Positions 1 to 9,000 of a DNA stretch of 64,000 nucleotides are shown here, one piece after another (the stretch's first letter is position 1; each line of letters starts with the position of its first letter). The position numbers and the translations under genes are program-made. The notes beneath the pieces were generated by a model. The model saw nothing but the letters and a program-made list of their open reading frames with translations, was not told the DNA's origin and did no database searches. Origin of the DNA: Monocercomonoides exilis PA203 (lineage: Eukaryota > Protista > Preaxostyla); the NCBI GenBank assembly GCA_001643675.2, contig LSRY02000016.1, positions 1,671,696-1,735,695 of the forward strand, read 5' to 3'.

Positions 1-3000
1 TGCTCTTTCTGAATAGTATCCGTCTCCATACAATTCTCTGTTCCTCTTGGCCAGCTGCATTGCACGAGTCGTTTTATTCGCCTTCTCTTTTCTTCCTTCT
101 TCACTCATTCCCATTTCCTCTGCTGCTTTCTTTCTTTCCTTTGCTTTGTTCACTTCTCTGCCAGAATCCACACTAGTTCTGTTTGTCTCTGTCTGCCTCT
201 GCTCTTTCCTTTCTGTGTGTTTCTCTTCTGTCTCCTTGTTCCCTTGCCTTTGTGTCGCCTGCATTTGCATTGCCAGCTTCTTCCTGTTCCTCTCCAAAAG
301 CTGCAGCTTCCGCTCGGTCACTGCCACAAGCAGCAAAGCTTCTTCTCTTTCTCTCCTCTTCTCTGCCTCCTCTTTCCTCTTCAGCTCTTCCTGTTCTTTC
401 TGCATCTTCTCCTTCTCCTTTCTCTTCTCCTTCATCTTCTCGATCCTCTTCTCCCTCTCCTCCACTTGCTTCTTCCTCTCCTCCTCCTTCTTCCTCCTCC
501 TCTGCATTTCTCTATCCACCCTCTTTGCGTGCCTGTCCAGCATAATCCACTGCCTCATCCTCTCCTTCTCCCTCAGCTCTTTCTTCCTCATTTGCGTGTT
601 GTCCTTCTGCACATTGCGTATAGACATCGCCAATGACTGAATCTGAGGTGTTGTCATTCTATTGGATAAAGCTGCAGAAGGCGAGAAAGATGCCTCTTTT
701 GCAGAGGAAGGCGTTTCTGTTGCATCCAAACGGAGCTGTTGTTGTTGTTGTGAATGGGAAAAGGAAGAAGAACTGAAAGATGTGCTGATTGGAGGAGGTT
801 TGTTGTTGTTGGAAGAAGAAGAAGAAGAAGAAGCAGAAGGAGAAGAAAGAATCAAAGAAATATCGTTCAGATTGAGAATAGCTGGGTTCTCAACTGAATT
901 AGAATCAGAAACAGAAGCAGAAGAAGAAGATGATGAAGATGATATTGCATTTGCATTAGAATTTGTATTAACATCAACATTTGTGCTAACATTTCCATTG
1001 ACAGAAGAGACAGGTTGTTGACTTAGAGGAGGCAGTCGAGAAGGAGTTTGAACAGAAGAAGAAGTGGGCGTGCAGCAAGAAGAAGGGAACGAAGAGGCAA
1101 TTAGAGGAGAAGAAGAGGCAGTGGCAGGCGAATAGAGAGAAGGAGAGGAAGGCCAAGAGGATGTTTTAGAGGGAACGAGGAAGTTTATGCGTGTTCTTTC
1201 TGTTGTTTGGGAAGAGAGAGAAGAAGAAGAAGGAGAAGAAGGAGAAGAAGGAGAATGGACAAAGGGAGCAGGAGCTGTGTTACTATTATTATTGTTGTTG
1301 TTGATTGATTTTGGCTTGAAAGCAAAGGAAGAAGTGTCAGCTGTGCGGAGGAGGTTGTATGTGGAGGAGATTGGAACAAGAGAGGAAAGAAGAGAAGAAG
1401 AAGGAAGAACGACAAAGGGAGAATAAGAAGAAGAAGAAGATGGTGATGATGTTGTTGATGTTGATGATTGAGGATTGAAATAAACATGATGTGAAGGGAA
1501 GAATAAAGACGTTCTCTTTCCTTCTTCCTTCTCTTCTTTCTCTTTCTCTTTATCATATTCTTCTTCTCCTTCTTCTTCGCCCTCTTCACCCTTTTCACCC
1601 TCTTCACACTCAACTTCACACACAATTGCGCCATCTTCTTTATATTTCATAGCTTTTCTTCCAATCTCCTTGTCTTCTTCCTCAACATCTATTTTAGGTG
1701 CCATCATTCTTTTCATTGCAAACAGGCAGGAACGCTGAGAGGCAAAGAAAGAAGGCGAAAAGACGTCGTTGTGGAAGATGAGGAGGTCTTTGTTGAAGAG
1801 GAAAGGAGAAAGAAGAGAGGAGGAATCAGATTGGTTGAGGTCTGAATCGAAAGTGCAGGAGGAGGAAGAGGAAGAAAGAGAAGGAAAGGCAAGTGAAGGC
1901 AAAGAAAGAGAAGAAGAAGAAGAAGAAGTTGATGAACTTCCTTTTTGTTCTTCTTTGATTTTCTTCTGTTTTGCTTCTTCTTTCTTTCTCTCTCTCATCA
2001 TTCTTTTTCTTCTCTTCATTTTGTCGATTCTTATCTGCTTTTGCGACAATCGGAAGAAAAGCGAAATACGTCCCATCAAAAATGTGATCAAAAGAAAGCC
2101 CACATTTTGTGAAGGGTTCAAATATTCCAATGCTGGTGATGTTTGACAACTTGTCAAATTTCCTGTCAAATTATCTGTCAAATTGTTTGTTGAACTGTCT
2201 GTTGAATTGAATGCAGCTTCGTTCTTTGTGTAAGACGGAACAAGAAATGATGATGATGATGAGGAGGAGGAGGAAGAGGAAGAAGAAGAGGAGGAAGTGT
2301 TTTTATTGGCTTCATCTGCAAAAGAAATACGATTGGCAAAGTCGCTAAAAACAGGAGCTGGACAAATAGAAGAAGAGGAAGAGGAAGAGGAAGAAGAAGA
2401 GGAATCAGAAAAAGTTGAAGTTGAAGAAGTTGAATTGTTTGAAGAATGTGAAAGGGAAAGAGGAAGAGGAGGAAGAGGAAGAGATGATGATGTGATCATT
2501 TTGTGATAGCCCTTTGGCTGAGGATATGGCTTGGTGGTGTAAGAAATGACGAAAGGAGAAGGAGGAAGAGGAAGAGGAGAAGGAGGAGGAGGAGAAGAAG
2601 AAGATTTATTCTTGTTGAATTGAGAAGGATGTGATTGCATAGAAAGACCAATGTTGTTGCCATTGTCTGTTCTATTTGAGTATCTTCCATCAGAATGAAT
2701 AACATCTTCAGGTCTTTCATTGTTTGAGTTCTGTTTATTTATGTCCTTTCCTTCATCAATAAAAGTATTATTATTATTATTATAAAAATCACCTTCTTTC
2801 ATGTTATCTCCAATCAAAACATTTCCATCTTCCTTCTCTTCCTTCTCCTCCAATCTATTCTCCTTCTCCTCTTCTCCTTCTCCTTCTCCTCCTTCTCCAT
2901 TTCTTTCTTCTCTCTTCCTCTTCTCCACCACAAATGCTCTGTGCACAAATGGCAGTGCTGCAATTGCTGCTGTCACAAACGAAAAAGACGATTTGACACC

Positions 3001-6000
3001 TTCAAAAGGATCAGTTTTGCGTTGAATGGATTGACTGAGAGAGGAAGAGGAGGTTATTTCTGTGTTAATGTTTGGTTTAACTTTAACTTTATCTTCCTCT
3101 TCTTCTTCTCTTTCTTTTCCTTCTCCTGTTTTTATTCTGTCATTCATGTTTTGTTCATAATGAACTGTTGTATTTGCATCATAATCCAATCTTTCCATTT
3201 CTTCTTCCTCAAAATCTTCTTCTTTCTCTTGCTCCTCCTTCTCTTCCACGCTTCTGCAATCTTTTTCTTCCCATTCCCTTTCATATTCCATTCTTCTTCT
3301 TTCTTTCTCTTCTTCTCTTTTCTTCTCTTTTCTTCTCTTTTCTTCCTCTTCCTCTTCTTTCTCCCTCAAAATTGCCATCTTTTCCCTTTCGTGTATTTGT
3401 GCTTCTTCTTCAAGTTCATACAGAACAGACAGAAGAGCACCAGTGGTGAACAGGGAGATGTAGCTGGGGTTGCCTTGGAGAGAAGGAAGAAGGGGAAGAG
3501 AGGAAGAAGAAATAGTAGAAGAAGAAGAAGAAGAAGAGGAAACAGAGGAAGATGATGGACTTGCATTAACATCACATGAATTAGAAGAAGAATCAGAAGA
3601 ATCAGTTGTTTTATTTGAAATATCATTCAAATGTGTATTTTCACTAAGACTATCTTGTTTTGAAGGAGCTACAGTTTCTGTGTATTTTCTGATGAGTGCA
3701 GTGGATGGGCGATCTGAATATGATTTCGAGCCTTTCAACAGAAAAGAAAAGGAAAGTGAAGAAGAAGAAGAAGAGGAAGAGGAAGAAGAAATAGACACAT
3801 TTGAAGTTGGGTCAACATTGTTTGCTTTTTCATCTTCTTTCTCTCTTCTTTTCTCTTCTTTCTTCTTTTCCTCTTTTCCCTTCTCCCTCTCCTCCTCCCC
3901 TCCCACTCTTTCACTTGCTCTGACACATGCCAATGACATAATCAGATCCACAAGAATCTTTTGAGATGCAGTTGGTATCCACATGTCACTGTGATGCGGC
4001 CCAATCACATTTTCTGCTTTTGAAATGCGTTTTTGATGTTTTGTTGTTCTTATTTTGGAATCTGGTTTTGTCTTTCCTTCTTTGAGTGGGATTGAATTGT
4101 TTGTTTTTGCTTGAATTTTTCTTTTTAATTGATTTTTATTTTTGTTTTTAGTTTTATCTTCTTCTACTTTTTCAGTTGGAAATGTTCTTTTTCTTTCTTC
4201 TTTCTCTTTTGCTTCCTCTTCTTCTTTTTGAAGAGGCATTGGAATTTCAGCAGCAGACTCTTGAATATCATTGCTTGGCATTCTTTCTCTTTCTGCTCTT
4301 TTCTCAACAAAGTTTTCTTCTTCTTCATTTTCTTGTTCCTGTATATGCGACTCTACTTGTTCTGTCAATTGGTCATCATTTAATTTCTTTTCATTTTTAT
4401 CGCCGTCATCTTTTTCTTCCTCTTCTTCCTCTTCCCATTCATACTCTTCTTCCTCCTCTTCGCCCTCTTCTCTCCTTCCTTCCTTCCCTTTCTTCTTTCC
4501 TTCTTCCTCTTGTTCCTCTTCCTCTTCTTCTCTCTCTCTTTCCATCTTCCTCTCCCTCAGCCTCTTCAACAGCTCTTCCTTTGCTTCTAATTCCATTTCT
4601 GCTTTTTTGTTCTTTTTGCTCATTTTTTTGATGTTCAGCTCCAAAATTCGCAAAGCTTTTAATTCTCTTTTTTCTTCTTTTGTGTCTTCGTCGTCTTCTG
4701 AATTGATTTCACAATCACTCCAATTCTCTTCTTCTCCATCATCTTCTTCATCGTCTTCTTCTTTTTTTATCTCTTTCTCTTCTTCTTCTTCTTCTTTCTC
4801 TCCTTCTTCATATTCATATTCTGATTCTTCATCTTCTTTTCCCTCTTCTTCCTTCGAATTTTTATTTGTCTTTTCTTTTCTTGTTCTAATTGAACTTTTT
4901 ATTCTTTTTGCTTCGTTTTGTTTTCCTTTCTCCTTTTTAATTGTTTCATTTTCGCTTTCTTTTGAAATAGAACCAGGCAAAAGATGTTTCACATTATTGT
5001 TTTCATTCGATTTGTTTTTATTATTATCTTCTTCTTCTTCATTCTCAATCAAAATACTTTCATCTTCATCATCTTCATCATCTTCATCATCACTATCGTA
5101 TTCTTCTTCTTCTTCTTCGTTTTCGTACTCTTCATCCAACTCATCTTCATATTCTTCTTCATCATCAAACTCATTTCCTTTCTCAAAATCCCTTCCTTCT
5201 TCTTTTCTCTTCCCTTCTCCTTTTGTTCCTATCCAATTCCCAACCTCTTCTTCTCTTTCTCTTTCTCCTTCCTTCCTTCCACATTCTTCTCCTTCTCCCT
5301 CTCCTCCTCTTTCTTTCCCCTTCCTTTCCTTCTCTTTCCTTCTTCCTCTTTCTGCCTCCTTCTCCATCTCTTCCTCCATCTTCTCTGCCATCTGTGTCTT
5401 CTTGTTGTGTCTCAACAGACTTCTCACAAATCTCTTGCTATTCAAAAGAAGAGAAAGCGCATATCTCACCAGACACACCACAAAATGCTGAACAACCGTC
5501 TGTCTGTTGAAAAGAAGCAATGAAGAAGAAGAGGAGGAGGAAGAAGAAGTTTTATTCCCTTCTTCTCCTTCTCCTTCTTCCTCCTTCCACAATGTCGCAT
5601 CTGTCTGGAATCTCACCAGCATCTTCCTCACAATCTCACACAGCTTCCGAAACACAATCACATCTGGCAGGTCTTTCGGGAGCGGTCTAAGCGATTTGTA
5701 GAGAGAAGAAGGGAAAGAGAAGCTGGAGGCAGCATGCTCAGGGAAATAGCTCTGGTTCCAGAGAGAAAGAGGAAGAGAATCGAGAACAGAAGAGGAGATG
5801 ATGGAACTTTTCTGTTTGAAATTCAAAATTTTATTGTTTGATTCCTTTTGGGTTTTTTTTGCGTTTCTGTTGTGGAAGCTGAGAATAAGCGAGGTTTCTT
5901 GCTGTTGACTCAAAAATGGGTTCTTTTTGGACAAAAGACGAGAAATGTTGGCTGGGCGAATAGCTTCTTTTAATTCCATTTCTGTGTTGACTCCACCAAT

Positions 6001-9000
6001 ACATACATCATCTTCGTCGTCATCTTCATCATATACATTATCATTGCCTTCTTCTTCTTCTCTTTCTTTCTCTCCTTCTCCTTCATCATCATCTTTTTCT
6101 TCCTCTTTTCCCTTCTCTTTCCTCTCCTTCTCCTCTTCCTCTTCTTCATCCTCATCCTCAAACAATGCCATTTCCTCATTTGACCATCTTTCAATCTCTC
6201 TCTTCCCATTCATCACCAGCGCCACCATCACCCTCATCATCTCTATTGCTTCATGGAGTGCCAAATTAGGCAGCTGCAAAACACACAACATCAGCTCAAT
6301 ATCTACTTCTGAACATAATCTGTGACGAAGGCGGCAGTTTAGAAGAGAAACGATGGGAGAGAGAGGGAAAATAGAGGAAGAGGAAGAGGAAGAGGAGGAA
6401 GATGGCGATGAAGATGATGAAAGTTCAACATCTGAATTAGTATCACTTTCATCATTTCTTCCTTTTTTCATCATTGTCTTCTTTCTCCTCTCCATTTCTT
6501 TCCCATTCTTTTCTTTCATCCCATCAAACAAAAACAGCATTGATGTTATCTGCACCGCCAGCTGCTGAGCAGAAAGAGGAGGATAAAGCGAAGAAGGATA
6601 AACAGGCGAAAGGAGGAATAAAGGAATGGTGGCAGAGAACAAAGAGGAGCTTCGGGCAGGAGGAATAGCAGAGAAAGGGGAGAGGAGAACAGAGAGGAGA
6701 AATTGGAGAGTTTTGGATGTGTTGGAGGAGGAAGAGGAAGAGGAAGAGGAAGAGGAAGAAATAGCAAGATTTTCTTTCTTCTTCTCTTCTTCTTCCTCTT
6801 CTCTTCTTTCTTCTTCTCCTTTTTCTTCTCTTTCTTCTCTCTCTCCATTCACACAAATAGCCATGCAAAATGAAGCAACGAATTCTGCAAAGCGAAGTAG
6901 AGGAAACGACCACATTTCGATCATCAGGAAAGAGACAGAGAAAGAGACAAGATTGAGCAGACGGGCAAAGCGGCGGGGAAGACGGACAAGAGAAGAATGA
7001 GAAGAGAGAGAAGAAGAGGAAGAAGAGGAAGAGGAAGAGGAAAGAGAAGAAGAACAAGACAAAGAATAAGAACACTTATAATACTCGCCCAATGGATAGT
7101 CCCATGTGATTGTGGTGTTTTCATCCTCCTTCAGAACAGCTGGGCTCAACTGGAATGTTCGTGTGGCAAAGGAAATGATAGACAGAAGAAGCTGCACTTT
7201 GGATGGAGAATCAAAAAATGTCTTTTTCTTTTTTTGGGAATGAGATTTTTCTGAGTTTGATTGTTTTGTTTCTGATTCTTTTTTCTTTTCTTTTTCTTCT
7301 TTTTCTTCTTTCTCTTTCTTTTCTTCTCCATTTTCTTCTTCTTCACTATCATTGTCATCTTCATCGCTTCCTTCACTACTTTCATTACTATTATAATCAT
7401 CATAATCATCATCTTCTTCATTTTCATCATTCCCTTCTTCTTCCTCTTCCTTCTCCTTCTCCTCTTCCTCCTCCTCTTCCCTCTCCATCTGCTCCTTCCT
7501 CATCCTCTCCTTCTCTTCATTGATCATCTTCTCTCCAATGTTCAATGCTGCATCCACCACAATCCCCGCTGTTTTTGCCATTGCCTTCTGAGAAAAAGAG
7601 AGGAAAGAGCTAAAAATGCTAAGAAAATTCAAATGAGAAGAGAGGAAAGAGGAAAGAGAGGACAAAACAAGGAAGCGCTCTTGGATTTGTTTGGAGGGAG
7701 GTTCGGTGAGAACACGAGAGGAGGACTTGGAGAGAAGGGGGATGGGAATGGATGGAGAAGAAGAAGAAGAAGAGGAAGAAGAAGATGATGATGAAGTTGA
7801 ATGTGATATTAAAGAAGAAGAGGAAGAAGAAGGTAATGTTATCAGAGAAGCATTAGATGATGATGATGATGATTGTTGAATATTCCCCTTTCCATTTCCA
7901 TTTCCATTTCCAACAGACCCAAACATTGGAAATGCTGCTGTTGATGCCGGAATCGAAATATTTGCCGGCGGGCGGAAATCGGATTTATTATTATTATTGT
8001 TATTGTTATATCTCTTTGAAAAATCTTCTTTTTCCTCGTTTCTTCGCATTTGTCGAAACTCTTGTTCGTCTTTGCTGTCAAAACCAGCACATTCCAATAT
8101 TTGTGAGGCAATTATAACAGAATTCATACCCTTTTCTTCTTTTTCTTCTTTTCCTTCTTTATTTTCTTTATCATTTCCTTCTCTTTCTTCTCTTTCCCTT
8201 TCTTTTTTCATCTTTTTCTCTTCCTCCTTCGCCATCTCCATTAACATCTCATTTATTCTCTTCAACCTTTCCTCTTCTCCTTTCTCTTCCTCCCTCCACC
8301 TCTCAATCATTTCTCCATTTGCCATCTTGTTCATTTCCTTCATCAGCAACTCCACAACAGAGAAGAAGAGAGGTTTATTTGAGTCAAAAGCAAGAGGGAG
8401 ATATTGAATAAGAAGAGAGCGAAAGAGCGAGGGATGGAAAATGGAGAGAGAAAGGAAGAGGGAAGAAAGGAGCTTGAGAAGAGAGTGGGGGAGGGAAGGG
8501 AGGAGGGAAGGGAGGAGGAAGAGAGGGGGAGAAGAAGAAGAACGAGAAGAGAGAGAAGAAAGTGAAGAAAGTGAAGAAAGGGAAGAATCGAGAAGATGAG
8601 GAGTAGTAGTAGAAGAAGAAGAAGGAAAGGAAGAAGAAGGAAGAGAAGAAGAAGAAGAAACAGAATTTGATAGATGGAAATGGTTGTTTGAAAGCGAATG
8701 GCGAGAAGAGAAGGAGAAAGAAGGAAAAAGAATGTGAGAAGAGAAAGAAGAAGAAAGAAGAGAAAGAGAACTTGTATTGTCAGCTAAAAAGAAAGAAGAA
8801 GAAGAAAATGAAGAAGAAGGAGGAGGAATATGTCGAAGTGAATGTAATGATTTAGAAGAAGAAGAAGAAGAGGAGGAAGAAGAAGAAGAAGAAGAAGAAG
8901 AAGGATGAATAAATATTTGTTTTTCTTCTTCCTCTTTGAAGAATTCGTTCATTGTTTCTCTTTTGTTCTTCATCAGAAACTGAAGAGAAGGAAGGTGTGA